A DNA stretch of 48,787 nucleotides from Nitrospinota bacterium (lineage in GTDB: Bacteria; UBA8248). A program made the translations under genes and the position numbers. Positions 1-8,505 of this stretch are shown one piece after another. The notes under the pieces are model-generated. The model searched no databases, had not been told where the DNA came from, and saw only the letters and a list, made by a program, of their open reading frames with translations. The stretch spans positions 1 to 48,787 of the forward strand of contig JASLZZ010000045.1 of NCBI GenBank assembly GCA_030754595.1, given 5' to 3'. The stretch's first letter is position 1; each line of letters begins with the position of its first letter.

Positions 1-46
1 AGCTGGGCCGAAGGGCTTCTTTTTGGCTGCCACCATCTCCGGGCAT
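1..46 (-). CDS. possible 5' start of a gene running off the left edge (partial, unknown product)
   Basis: ATG at 46 with GAGAGGA a few nt upstream on the - strand; frame open to the window edge (MPGDGGSQKEALRPS). Too short to identify. Confidence 0.25.
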   Translation of the reverse strand, partial: MPGDGGSQKEALRPS

Positions 47-304
47 CTGATATCCTCTCGCTCGGGCGATTTTGGCCAATTATATCATATGGTTACAGAG
101 ATTCCAGCCTCTTTTTGCTCCGTCCCGCCGCATAATGTGGATTTATCTTAATTTAGGCTCCACCCCTTACCCCCCGGGGTGCGCCCCAAGAAGCCTCCCC
201 ACCCCTTCCTCCGCCAAAAAGGTTTTGAGACTCGGCCGTTTGTGTTAGGTTTGGGGTATCTTTTTTGGAATTTGCCCATGGATTTGCATTACAGGAGCGT
301 TGAC

Positions 305-493
305 ATGACGCACACATTATCTTCCCTGAAACATCTCGTTTTATCGGATGCCGCCGTCCGTCTGGTCGCGCCCGCGCTCGCCGCCGGCCTGCTGGGCCTC
401 GGGCTGCTCTACGGCGTGGCCTTCGCCCAGCCCGAGCTGCTCCACGACGCCGCGCACGACGTACGCCACACCCTCGCATTCCCCTGCCACTAG
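305..493 (+). CDS. cbtB: cobalt transporter small subunit CbtB
   Basis: One TM helix followed by the family C-terminal motif HDAAHDVRHTLAFPCH; AGGAG RBS before ATG 305; directly upstream of cbtA. Confidence 0.9.
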   Translation: MTHTLSSLKHLVLSDAAVRLVAPALAAGLLGLGLLYGVAFAQPELLHDAAHDVRHTLAFPCH

Positions 494-508
494 CCGCAGA
501 GAGGAGCC

Positions 509-1285
509 ATGTTCCGGCGCATCATCTTCGCGGCGGCAATCTCGGGCCTTCTCGCCGGATTGCTGCTGTCCGCCGTCCAGTCGATGAGGTCCGTTCCGCT
601 CATCCTTTTGGCTGAAACCTACGAGACCGCCGCCCACACCCTCGGCAGCGGGGCCGTTCCGCACACCCACATGGAATCCGGGGTGACGCACACCCACAGC
701 GGCGGGGCCGCCATGCACACCCACAACAGCGCGGCCGCCACGCACTCGCACGAAACCGCCGCCACGCACATGCATGGGCCGGCCGGAGGGGCTTCGGCCG
801 ATCTCTCGCGCACCGCCCTCGCCGCCGTATCGAACATCGTCGCCGCCATCGCGTTCGCCCTGCTGCTCATCGCGGGGTTCGTCCTGCGCGGCGGGGCGGA
901 CTGGCGAAAAGGGGTCCTCTGGGGGCTGGGCGGCTTCGCGGCCTTCAGCCTCGCCCCCTCGCTGGGCCTTCCTCCCGAGCTGCCGGGCGCTTTCGCCGCT
1001 CCCGTCCCCGACCGGCAGCTCTGGTGGGCGCTCACTGTGGCGCTGACGGCGGCGGGCCTCGCCGTGGCCGCCTTTGCTCCGGGCCGTGGTTGGAAGGTCC
1101 TCGGGGCGGCGCTCATCGCGCTCCCCCATCTCATCGGCGCGCCCCAACCCATCCAGCACGGAGGACTGGCCCCCGAGGCGCTGGCCCGCGAATTCGCCGT
1201 AGCCGCCCTCCTTGCCTCGGGCCTTTTCTGGATCGCGCTCGGCGGCCTCTCGGGCTACTTCTTCAACCGCTTCGAGGACGCATAG
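509..1285 (+). CDS. cbtA: cobalt transporter subunit CbtA with His-rich periplasmic loop
   Basis: MFRRII..AGLLAG..PLILLAETYE start, GLPPELPG and RQLWW motifs, PHLIGAPQP, about 5 TM segments. Confidence 0.9.
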   Translation: MFRRIIFAAAISGLLAGLLLSAVQSMRSVPLILLAETYETAAHTLGSGAVPHTHMESGVTHTHSGGAAMHTHNSAAATHSHETAATHMHGPAGGASADLSRTALAAVSNIVAAIAFALLLIAGFVLRGGADWRKGVLWGLGGFAAFSLAPSLGLPPELPGAFAAPVPDRQLWWALTVALTAAGLAVAAFAPGRGWKVLGAALIALPHLIGAPQPIQHGGLAPEALAREFAVAALLASGLFWIALGGLSGYFFNRFEDA

Positions 1286-1290
1286 CGCCC

Positions 1291-1641
1291 ATGCCCGCCG
1301 GCGAAACCGACAACCGGCCCTGGGGGCGCTACACCGTCCTCGCCGATGAACCCGATCACAAGGTCAAGCGCATCACCGTCGAGCCTGGCCAGCGCCTCTC
1401 GCTCCAGCGCCACGCTCGCCGCTCCGAGCACTGGTTCGCCGTCTTGGGCGAGGGCGTCGTCACGCGGGACGGTGAGGAAATTCACATCTCCCCCGGCCAG
1501 GCGGTGGACCTCCCCCAGGGGTGCTGGCACCGCGTCAGAAACGATGGCACAGAGCCCTTCGTGTTCATCGAGGTGCAGCGGGGCTCCTACTTCGGCGAGG
1601 ACGACACCGAGCGCAGGGAAGACGACTACGGCAGGGCGTGA
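1291..1641 (+). CDS. stand-alone type II mannose-6-phosphate isomerase C-terminal cupin domain protein
   Basis: RPWG..., KVKRITVEPGQRLSLQRH..RSEHW, HRVRN, FIEVQ.GSYFGEDD..R.EDDYGR; real start ATG 1291 inside the 1024..1641 ORF. Confidence 0.88.
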   Translation: MPAGETDNRPWGRYTVLADEPDHKVKRITVEPGQRLSLQRHARRSEHWFAVLGEGVVTRDGEEIHISPGQAVDLPQGCWHRVRNDGTEPFVFIEVQRGSYFGEDDTERREDDYGRA

Positions 1642-1680
1642 GCTTCATTCTCCGAACCCCCCCAAAACACCCAACACATG

Positions 1681-1714
1681 AAAAACGCCCCGCCAGCGGG
1701 TGACGGGGCGTTTC
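1681..1714. terminator. probable bidirectional intrinsic terminator
   Basis: AAAAACGCCCCG-loop-CGGGGCGTTTC hairpin between convergent genes. Confidence 0.7.
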
Positions 1715-1739
1715 GGTATTCGCGTTAAAGCCTAAAAAT

Positions 1740-1807
1740 TTACGCGCCCCCTTCATCCTGGCATCGAGCGCCGAGGCGAGCCGCTCGGCCCCGCGCTCGC
1801 AGTCCTC
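1740..1807 (-). repeat. orphan duplicate of the last ~65 bp of the aminotransferase gene (copy of 2565..2633)
   Basis: Near-identical to 2565..2633 (encodes EDCERG(A/V)ERLASALDARMK), extending to the stop-codon position, with a 1-nt deletion near the end. Confidence 0.9.
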
Positions 1808-1818
1808 AATCGGGCGGC

Positions 1819-2346
1819 TCAATCGCCTGGACCGCGGAGCGACCCAATCGCCTGAATCAGGCCCGGATTCGATGCGACCAATGATTGGATCTGCTCGTCG
1901 TCCGCACCAAATATCACTACCAGCTTTGCCAAATCGACCTGGGCGGGAGCCACCTTCGCGGCCATCAGCGAGATAATTTGGCTGAAGGTCCCCCCTCTCT
2001 CGATGGCGGCGGCAATGGCCGGATTTGCCGTAGCCGCTTCGGTTATCATTGCCGGAGGATTCGCCATTAGTTTCACCAAGGCTAATGTGGATGGCTGCGG
2101 CACCGCAGACGAGGGGGTCACGGTCTCTACAGTCGCCGCGTTCGCCACGGGTTCTGTAGTCGTCGTGGTCGCCTCGGGCTCTGTAATCGTCGGCTTCTGC
2201 ACGGTCTCTACAGTCGCCGCGTTCGCCACGGGTTCTGTAGTCGCCGTGTCCGCCCCCCTCGCTACCGGAGGGAAAACAAGAACCGCCGAAACCAGGACAG
2301 GCAAAATAAGCCGCGAAAAACAGAACTCTCGCCGGAATCTCACCAC
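1819..2346 (-). CDS. hypothetical secreted protein with Thr/Ala-rich internal tandem repeat
   Basis: Probable GTG start at 2346/2343 after GGGGAG; signal-peptide-like LILPVLVSAVLVFPPVARG-A; TTEPVANAATVETV occurs twice, 81 nt apart. Confidence 0.55.
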   Translation of the reverse strand: MVRFRREFCFSRLILPVLVSAVLVFPPVARGADTATTEPVANAATVETVQKPTITEPEATTTTTEPVANAATVETVTPSSAVPQPSTLALVKLMANPPAMITEAATANPAIAAAIERGGTFSQIISLMAAKVAPAQVDLAKLVVIFGADDEQIQSLVASNPGLIQAIGSLRGPGD

Positions 2347-2502
2347 GGACTCTCCCCCCAGAATCACCGCGCATGAGTATGAGCAATGTAGCCATTTTAA
2401 ACATACATACTCATCCTTTTTTTTTATCAAGTAAAATATTAATTCTTTTCAGGAAATTCTTTCTCGCGGAAGGAAACCGGAGAAAAAGTCATGCGCGCAC
2501 CC

Positions 2503-2540
2503 AAAAAAAAGGGGCGCCCCGATCGACGGAGCGCCCCTTT
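2503..2540 (-). terminator. intrinsic terminator of the aminotransferase gene
   Basis: - strand: AAAGGGGCGCTCC-GTCGATC-GGGGCGCCCC then T8. Confidence 0.8.
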
Positions 2541-2564
2541 AAAACCGATTTTGCTGAAATTATC

Positions 2565-3770
2565 TCACGCGCCGGCCTTCATCCTGGCATCGAGCGCCGA
2601 GGCGAGCCGCTCGACCCCGCGCTCGCAGTCTTCTTTCGAGCACGAATAGGCGATCCGGACATAACCCTCGCCCGCCGGGCCGAAGACGCTGCCCGCGATG
2701 GTGGCGATGGCGTGCTCCTCGAGCAGATAGGCGGCCACCTCCTCCGAGGACTCCCCGAAATTCTTCACGTTCGGGAAGGCGTAGAACGCCCCGGTAGGCT
2801 TGGCCACCGTCATCCCCTCGATCGAGCGAAGGCCCTCGTAGATGACCTTCGAGCGCTCGGTGAAGGCGTTCAGCATCTCCTCGACCGGGCCCTGGCCGTC
2901 GGCGAGGCCCGCCGCCGCGCCGTGCTGTATGAAAGTGTTCACGCACACCGTCGTGTACTGGCGCACGCGGAGCATGTGGCGCGTCAGCTCGGGGCTCGCC
3001 ACCGTCCAGCCCAGCCGCCAGCCGTCCATGCTGAAAACCTTCGAGAACCCGTTGATGACGATGGTGCGCTCGGCCATATCGGGCTGGGAGTAAATGCTCG
3101 GGGCGCAGTCGCCCTCGTGGTAGATGCGCGAATAAATCTCGTCCGAGAGGACGAGGAGATTGTGTTTTTTCGCGAGCGTGGCGAGCTTCGCCAATTCAGC
3201 CTCGGGCACCGTCGTCCCCGTCGGGTTGCTCGGCGAGGTGACGCAGATGATCTTCGTCCTGGGCGTTATCGCCTTCTCGACGTCCTCGGCGAGCAGGGCG
3301 AAATCGCTGGCCTCCTTCGTCGGCACCTCGACCGCCACCCCGCCCGCGAGCGAGACGATGGACTTGTAGTGGTGCCAGTTCGGATCCGGGATGATCACCT
3401 CGTCGCCCGGATTCACGAAGGCCAGGATGGCGCACAAAATCCCCTCGTTCGCCCCGGCCATGACTATCGTCTGGGTGTCCCAGGCGACCTCGACGCCGGT
3501 GTCCACCTCGGTGCGCGCGGCGATGGCCTTCCTGAGCGATGGGACCCCCATCGAGGGCGCGTAGTGAACGTCCCCCCGGTCGAGCGAGGCCGAGGCCGCC
3601 GCCTTGATGTTGGCCGGGGTGTCGAAATCGGAGCGCCCGATCTGCCAGTGAATCACGTCCCGCCCTTCACTCACGAGGGCGTTCACCTTGTCGAATACCT
3701 TCCTGATCCCCGAGAAGGGCACCTCGAAAATCCGGCTCGCCGCAACGGCGTCCGTGTCGAAACTCGCCAT
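2565..3770 (-). CDS. PLP-dependent aminotransferase class I/II (aspartate aminotransferase-like)
   Basis: SPSNPTG, LSDEIY, NGFSKVFSMDGWRLG (PLP lysine), PTGAFYAF, GEGYVRIAY. Confidence 0.93.
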   Translation of the reverse strand: MASFDTDAVAASRIFEVPFSGIRKVFDKVNALVSEGRDVIHWQIGRSDFDTPANIKAAASASLDRGDVHYAPSMGVPSLRKAIAARTEVDTGVEVAWDTQTIVMAGANEGILCAILAFVNPGDEVIIPDPNWHHYKSIVSLAGGVAVEVPTKEASDFALLAEDVEKAITPRTKIICVTSPSNPTGTTVPEAELAKLATLAKKHNLLVLSDEIYSRIYHEGDCAPSIYSQPDMAERTIVINGFSKVFSMDGWRLGWTVASPELTRHMLRVRQYTTVCVNTFIQHGAAAGLADGQGPVEEMLNAFTERSKVIYEGLRSIEGMTVAKPTGAFYAFPNVKNFGESSEEVAAYLLEEHAIATIAGSVFGPAGEGYVRIAYSCSKEDCERGVERLASALDARMKAGA

Positions 3771-3940
3771 GAAACTCCTCCGGTGTTTAAAATCAAATAC
3801 TTGGACGGGCTCTCCCCTCCCCCCGGCCCTCTCTTTTTATTGCGGACAGGGATTTATAGCGGGAGGGGCAGGGGTGTGCAAGCTGGGGTGGGGATACGGC
3901 AAGAGGACCGGGGGAGGCCTAAATTTATCGGATATAAAAA

Positions 3941-3975
3941 CCCCCCTCTCCCACCGGGAGAGGGGGGGGTGAGGG
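3941..3975. repeat. REP-like palindrome (CCCTCTCCC...GGGAGAGGG with GGGTGAGGG tail)
   Basis: CCCCCCTCTCCC-ACC-GGGAGAGGGGGG then GTGAGGG; related copies at 10465..10498 and 13196..13216. Confidence 0.65.
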
Positions 3976-3978
3976 AGT

Positions 3979-4782
3979 CTAAGATTCCTTGTGGTCATCT
4001 ATGGATTTTCCGCAGTGGGGGCAAATCTTTTCCGCTTCCCTTTTGGAACGGAGTTCATCCACAAACCCCGAGCCAAGGATACCGGCGGGCAGGGCTATCA
4101 TACCCACCCCCAGAAGAGCGATAACCGCTCCCAATATTTTCCCCCAAAACGTTTCCGGGTAAACATCTCCGTAGCCCACAGTCGTCAACGTCACCACACC
4201 CCACCACATGGCCTCAGGGATGCTTGAAAAACCCTTTGTCTTGGCCTCTTGCTCGGCAATGTACACAAAGCTCGAGGCCACGGTCAATAAAATAAAGGCC
4301 ACGAAAACCATTATCCACAATTCCTCTTTCTTGGCCCGAAACACACGCCCGAAAAGCTGCAAAGATTCGGAATATCGCCCAAGCTTTAAGATTCTCAGAA
4401 TTCTCAACAACCGAAGCACGCGAATAAACCGCAGATCGAGGACGAATATAGCGGGCAGGTAAAAGGGCAAAATCGCCAGAAGATCGATCAATGCAAAAAA
4501 GGTCAGCGCGAAACGCAATCTGCCGGTCACAATGTTTTGATACCGCTCATCCTCGGTGCAAATCCAAATTCGGATGAGATACTCAGCAGTAAAGACCACG
4601 ACCGATATAATCTCAAAAGCATTCAGAAAGGTTCTATAAGGAATTCCAATCGACTCAATGGACTCGAAAATAATCGCCAAAACATTGAGCACTATTAATA
4701 ACGCGATGAATGACCGAACGTATTTGGAAAGAGAATCGTCATCTGCGGGGTCTTCAATCAATTCATAAATATACTTTTTCAC
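3979..4782 (-). CDS. voltage-gated potassium channel (6TM ion transporter)
   Basis: Selectivity filter TTVGYGD, Arg-rich S4 (RFIRVLRLLRILRILKLGRY), C-terminal CPHCG; probable GTG start at 4782; visibly more AT-rich than its flanks. Confidence 0.92.
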   Translation of the reverse strand: MKKYIYELIEDPADDDSLSKYVRSFIALLIVLNVLAIIFESIESIGIPYRTFLNAFEIISVVVFTAEYLIRIWICTEDERYQNIVTGRLRFALTFFALIDLLAILPFYLPAIFVLDLRFIRVLRLLRILRILKLGRYSESLQLFGRVFRAKKEELWIMVFVAFILLTVASSFVYIAEQEAKTKGFSSIPEAMWWGVVTLTTVGYGDVYPETFWGKILGAVIALLGVGMIALPAGILGSGFVDELRSKREAEKICPHCGKSIDDHKES

Positions 4783-4783
4783 C

Positions 4784-5608
4784 CTACACCACCTCACCCC
4801 GCATCACGGTAACCGCCTGCCCGGCCAACACCACCCGATCACCCTCGACCCGGCACCTGACCTCTCCCCCGCGCGCGGAAATTTGCCGGGCGGTGAGTTC
4901 GTTCTTATGGAGGCGCTTCGCCCAAAAGGGGGCGAGGGCGCAGTGGGCGGAGCCGGTGACCGGGTCCTCGTCGACGCCTAGAATCGGGGCGAGAAAGCGG
5001 GAGACGAAATCGAGGGCGGGATCGGCGGCCCGGGCGGTGACGATGACGCCCCGGGTCTCGACCGTGGCCAGCAGCGGAAAATCGGGAGCGAGCGCGCTGA
5101 GGGCGGCCTCTGAGTCCGCCTCGATGAACCAGTCGAAAGGGGTTCGGCCGGCGAATCGGGGCGAGAGGCCGATGGCGTCGATGAGCTCGTCTGGCGGGGC
5201 GGCGCCGGTAACCGGCGAGGCCGGAAAGTCCATCTCGATCCACCCGCCAGATTTCGTGCAGGTGAGTAGGCCGCTTTTCGTATGAAACCGCGCGGGCGAT
5301 GTTTCGGGGAGGCGATCCTCCTCCCACAGGACATGGGCGGCGGCGAGGGTGGCGTGGCCGCAAAGGTCAACCTCGGCGGCGGGGGTGAACCAGCGGAGGC
5401 TGAAGGCTTCCTCCACCGGGCTGAGGGCTCCCTTCTCCGGGCCTTCTTCCTGAAGCGGATAAACGTAGGCGGTCTCCGAGAGATTCATCTCCTGGGCGAG
5501 CGCCTGCATCCAGGCTTCGTCGGCCGGGCCGCCTAACAGGCAGATCGCCGCCGGGTTCCCGGCGAAGGGTTCGGGGGTGAAGGCGTCCACCTGAATCAGC
5601 GGGGGCAT
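4784..5608 (-). CDS. PhzF family epimerase/isomerase
   Basis: QVDAFT..PFAGNPA, MNLSETA, LRWFTP..EVDLCGHATLA, EDPVTGSAH. Confidence 0.93.
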   Translation of the reverse strand: MPPLIQVDAFTPEPFAGNPAAICLLGGPADEAWMQALAQEMNLSETAYVYPLQEEGPEKGALSPVEEAFSLRWFTPAAEVDLCGHATLAAAHVLWEEDRLPETSPARFHTKSGLLTCTKSGGWIEMDFPASPVTGAAPPDELIDAIGLSPRFAGRTPFDWFIEADSEAALSALAPDFPLLATVETRGVIVTARAADPALDFVSRFLAPILGVDEDPVTGSAHCALAPFWAKRLHKNELTARQISARGGEVRCRVEGDRVVLAGQAVTVMRGEVV

Positions 5609-5621
5609 GGGCGGGATCTCC

Positions 5622-6509
5622 TTAAAGCGCGCCGAGCGCCTTCAGAACTTTCCTCACCTCGGTCCTCCCCTCCTTCGGGAGGGGCGCCTGGGGCGGCAGG
5701 GGCGGGCCGACGTCGAAGCCCTGCATCCCGAGGCCGGCCTTGATGCAGGCGGCGAGGTTGTATTTCGCGAAGGCCTGGTTCAGCCGCCACATCTCGCGCT
5801 GGAGGGGCAGGGCCTCCTCCCACTTTTTTTCGGCCGCCAGCTCGTAGAGGCGGACGCTCTGCTCCGGGACGAGGCAAGCCGGGCCCGCCATCCACCCGAC
5901 GCCGCCGATGAGCATGACGCAGAGGGGGATGTGGGCCGAGGCGCTGAAGATTTTCAGCCGCCCGCCCACCCGGTTCATGACGGAGAGGAGCCGCCCGGTG
6001 TCGCTCGAGGCGTCCTTGAGGTAGCGGACGTTGGGCACGCGGGCGAGGCGTTCGATCACGCCGGGGGTGAGGTCGCCGCGCGAGAAGTTCGGGTTCGTGT
6101 AGAGGACGACCGGGCAGGAGACGGCGCGGGCGATCCCCCGGAAGTAGCTTTCGACCCCCTCGGGCGGGACGGGGAAGTAGGTCTCCATGATGGCGAGGAT
6201 ACCGTCCGCGCCCATCCGCTCGTAGTCCTTCGCCTGGCGGACGGCGTCCTGCGTCGAGGCCGAGGCCACGCCCGCCACGACGGGGACGCGCCCCGCGCAG
6301 GCGTCGACCGTGACCTCCACGATCTTTCTGCGCTGTCCCTCGGTGAGGTAGGCGAACTCGCCCGTGCTCCCCAAGGGGGTGAGGCCGTGAACGCCCGCTT
6401 TGACGAGGCGGCCCACGAGACGCCTGAGGACGCCCGTCCTCACCCGGCCCCCGGCGTCGACCGGGGAGACGAGATAGGGAAACACGCCGTGGAAACCGTG
6501 AGTGGGCAT
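5622..6509 (-). CDS. dihydrodipicolinate synthase (DapA/NanA) family aldolase
   Basis: LGSTGEF, VPVVAGV, LYTNP, YLKDAS (Schiff-base Lys); real start ATG 6509, 4 nt after the stop of the upstream Rdx gene. Confidence 0.9.
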   Translation of the reverse strand: MPTHGFHGVFPYLVSPVDAGGRVRTGVLRRLVGRLVKAGVHGLTPLGSTGEFAYLTEGQRRKIVEVTVDACAGRVPVVAGVASASTQDAVRQAKDYERMGADGILAIMETYFPVPPEGVESYFRGIARAVSCPVVLYTNPNFSRGDLTPGVIERLARVPNVRYLKDASSDTGRLLSVMNRVGGRLKIFSASAHIPLCVMLIGGVGWMAGPACLVPEQSVRLYELAAEKKWEEALPLQREMWRLNQAFAKYNLAACIKAGLGMQGFDVGPPLPPQAPLPKEGRTEVRKVLKALGAL

Positions 6510-6513
6510 CCGG

Positions 6514-6750
6514 TCAGGAATCCTCCCGCACCATCCGGACGATGTCCGCGCTGTCGGGGAACCGGCCCTGCTCGAAGTGGGAGAAGAGCATCTTGCCGTC
6601 GAGGGTGACCTCGAAGGCGCCGGTGCGGTACTCGCCACCCGCGTTGCCGGCGATCTCGATGTCGGGAAACTCGGCTTTCACGGCTTGAGCCAACTGCTCA
6701 AACTGGGGGCGGTAGTTTCACCTCTCGCAGTATTCGACGTGCATTTTCAT
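6514..6750 (-). CDS. Rdx/SelW(SelT/SelH)-family selenoprotein, CxxU motif (TGA 6720..6718 read as Sec), 78 aa
   Basis: Manual translation: [78 protein letters not shown]. Family motifs YCxxU, GAFEV, GRFP; AGGAG RBS; hairpin after the TGA. Absent from the ORF track. Confidence 0.9.
6685..6720 (-). promoter_or_regulatory. putative bacterial SECIS element of the Rdx/SelW gene
   Basis: UGA, 16 nt, then stem UUGAGC / GCUCAA closing the loop AGUUG (G at loop position 2). Confidence 0.65.
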
Positions 6751-7049
6751 GGCGGTGACGCTCTCCTGATTCGGGCTCTCACGCGGTCTTCCCCGGCCAG
6801 AGGGGAATCATACCCGAGAGCGCCGGGGCGGGGAAATTCGCCCCGTGCGCCTGCGGCGCGCTCGTCAAGTGCTCAAAAACCGGCCCAGGCCTCGGAGCTT
6901 GTTTGTGAAAGCCGGCCGCGGGCGCTCGGCGCCAGTTCCCCCGGGTCCGGCTCTAAAACCCCCGATCACCCTTGACTTCGGGGGCGAGCGGGGGAAATGA
7001 TGCTCCGTTTTGAATCCATCTTTTCCTATTCATTTTCGCTGGAGCAATC

Positions 7050-8462
7050 ATGGCCGGAATCATCAGCGCGGGGGCCTACGTCCCCTTCCAACGCCTGGAG
7101 GGCGCCGCCGTCCGGGGGGTCTGGGGGGCCGGAAACCCCAAGGCGTCGCGCCCGCTGGCGGGCTTCGACGAAGACCCGATCACGATGGGCACGGAGGCGC
7201 TCATCAACGCGGGCGGCTGGGGCGGGATTGACCTGGACGCCCTCTACTTCGCCTCGACGAGCGCCCCCTACGCCGAGAAATCGAGCGCGGCGGTGGTGGC
7301 CGCGGCGGCGGACGTTCCCGAGAGCGCCTTCACGGCGGACATGGGGGGCTCCCTCCGCGCGGGCACGGCGGCGCTGCGCGTGGCGCTCGACGCGGTGAAG
7401 GCCGGCTCGGCGAAGCGGGCGGCGGTGGTGGCCTCGGAGATGCGCCCCGCGCGCGCCGGGGGGCCGGACGAACTCGCCCTCTGCGACGGGGCGGCGGCGC
7501 TGATCGTCGGCAATGGGGGCGAGGGAGACGAGGTGGCCGCCGAGGTCGAGGCGGTTTATTCGTGGACCGAGGATTTCATCGACCGCTGGCGCCTTCCGGG
7601 CGAGGACCAGGTCTCGGCCGGTGACGCCAAGTTCATTCAGGATTACGGCTACGTCCGCCAGACGGCGGCGACGGTGGAGGGGCTGCTCGCGGGGGCCGGC
7701 GCGACGCGGGAGGACGTGGGCCGGGTGCTGATCTATGCGCCCGACGCGCGGACGCACGCCGCGATCTGCCGCAAGCTGGGCTTTCCCGCCGATGCCTACC
7801 CTGAACTGCCCCTCGTGGCGCGGATGGGGGACGCCGGGGCGGCGGCCCCGCTGCTCGTCCTCTCGGAGGCCCTCCAGAGCGCCGAGCCGGGCGAGCACAT
7901 CCTCATCGCCGGGCACGGCAGCGGGGGCGACGCCTTCCTCCTCCGGGCGACGGACCGCGTGGCCGAACTCAAGGAGCGGCGCGGGGTGGCCTGGTGCGCC
8001 GGGCGGACGCGGCCGATCTCGAACTACGGAAAGTTCCTCCGCTCGCGCGAGCTCGTCGCGGGCGAGGAGCTGAACATCTTCAGCTCGCCCAGCATCCTAT
8101 GGAAGGAAAGCCGCCAGACGATGCGGCTCATGGCGGGCAAGTGCCGGTGCTGCGGGGAGATCCAGTTCCCCCGCCAGCGGCTCTGCACGAACTGCAACGC
8201 GCGCGACGATTGGGACGAGGTGAAACTCGGGCGGCTGGGAACCATCTACACCTTCGTCCACGATCACCTCCCCCCCTCGCCCGATGGCTACGTGACGATG
8301 GCCTCGGTGGACATCGAGGGCGGCGGGCGGCTCTACGGGCAGATGACCGACTGCGACAAGGAGGCGGTCAGCGTGGGGGCCCCGGTCGAGATGACCTTCC
8401 GCCTTCTCCACAAGGGCGAGGGATACTATAATTACTACTGGAAGTTCCGGCCGGCCGAATGA
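7050..8462 (+). CDS. HMG-CoA synthase/FabH-like domain fused to DUF35 (Zn-ribbon + OB-fold); PhlA-PhlB-like fusion
   Basis: N-terminal GAYVP..R, DEDPITM, FASTSAPYAEK, GHGSGGDA; catalytic-Cys position reads GSLRAG; C-terminal CRCCG..FP....CTNC plus OB-fold ending YYWKFRP. Confidence 0.88.
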   Translation: MAGIISAGAYVPFQRLEGAAVRGVWGAGNPKASRPLAGFDEDPITMGTEALINAGGWGGIDLDALYFASTSAPYAEKSSAAVVAAAADVPESAFTADMGGSLRAGTAALRVALDAVKAGSAKRAAVVASEMRPARAGGPDELALCDGAAALIVGNGGEGDEVAAEVEAVYSWTEDFIDRWRLPGEDQVSAGDAKFIQDYGYVRQTAATVEGLLAGAGATREDVGRVLIYAPDARTHAAICRKLGFPADAYPELPLVARMGDAGAAAPLLVLSEALQSAEPGEHILIAGHGSGGDAFLLRATDRVAELKERRGVAWCAGRTRPISNYGKFLRSRELVAGEELNIFSSPSILWKESRQTMRLMAGKCRCCGEIQFPRQRLCTNCNARDDWDEVKLGRLGTIYTFVHDHLPPSPDGYVTMASVDIEGGGRLYGQMTDCDKEAVSVGAPVEMTFRLLHKGEGYYNYYWKFRPAE

Positions 8463-8505
8463 CCCGGGAAACAGCGGCCGCGAAATTTCACACGAGGAGA
8501 TCATC

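Noticed and set aside
47..304. Cobalamin riboswitch before cbtB
   Set aside because: Expected from gene context, but conserved B12-element sequences could not be found by eye.
1565..2404. 279-aa - strand ORF containing EDCERGAERLASALDARMK
   Set aside because: Chance read-through across the duplicated aminotransferase tail and an alternative frame of the cargo gene; it also crosses a terminator.
2373..4124. 583-aa + strand ORF
   Set aside because: Antisense shadow of the aminotransferase gene.
6510..6638. N-terminal extension of the DapA-like ORF (start 6638)
   Set aside because: It is an alternative frame of the Rdx selenoprotein gene; family similarity begins at ATG 6509.
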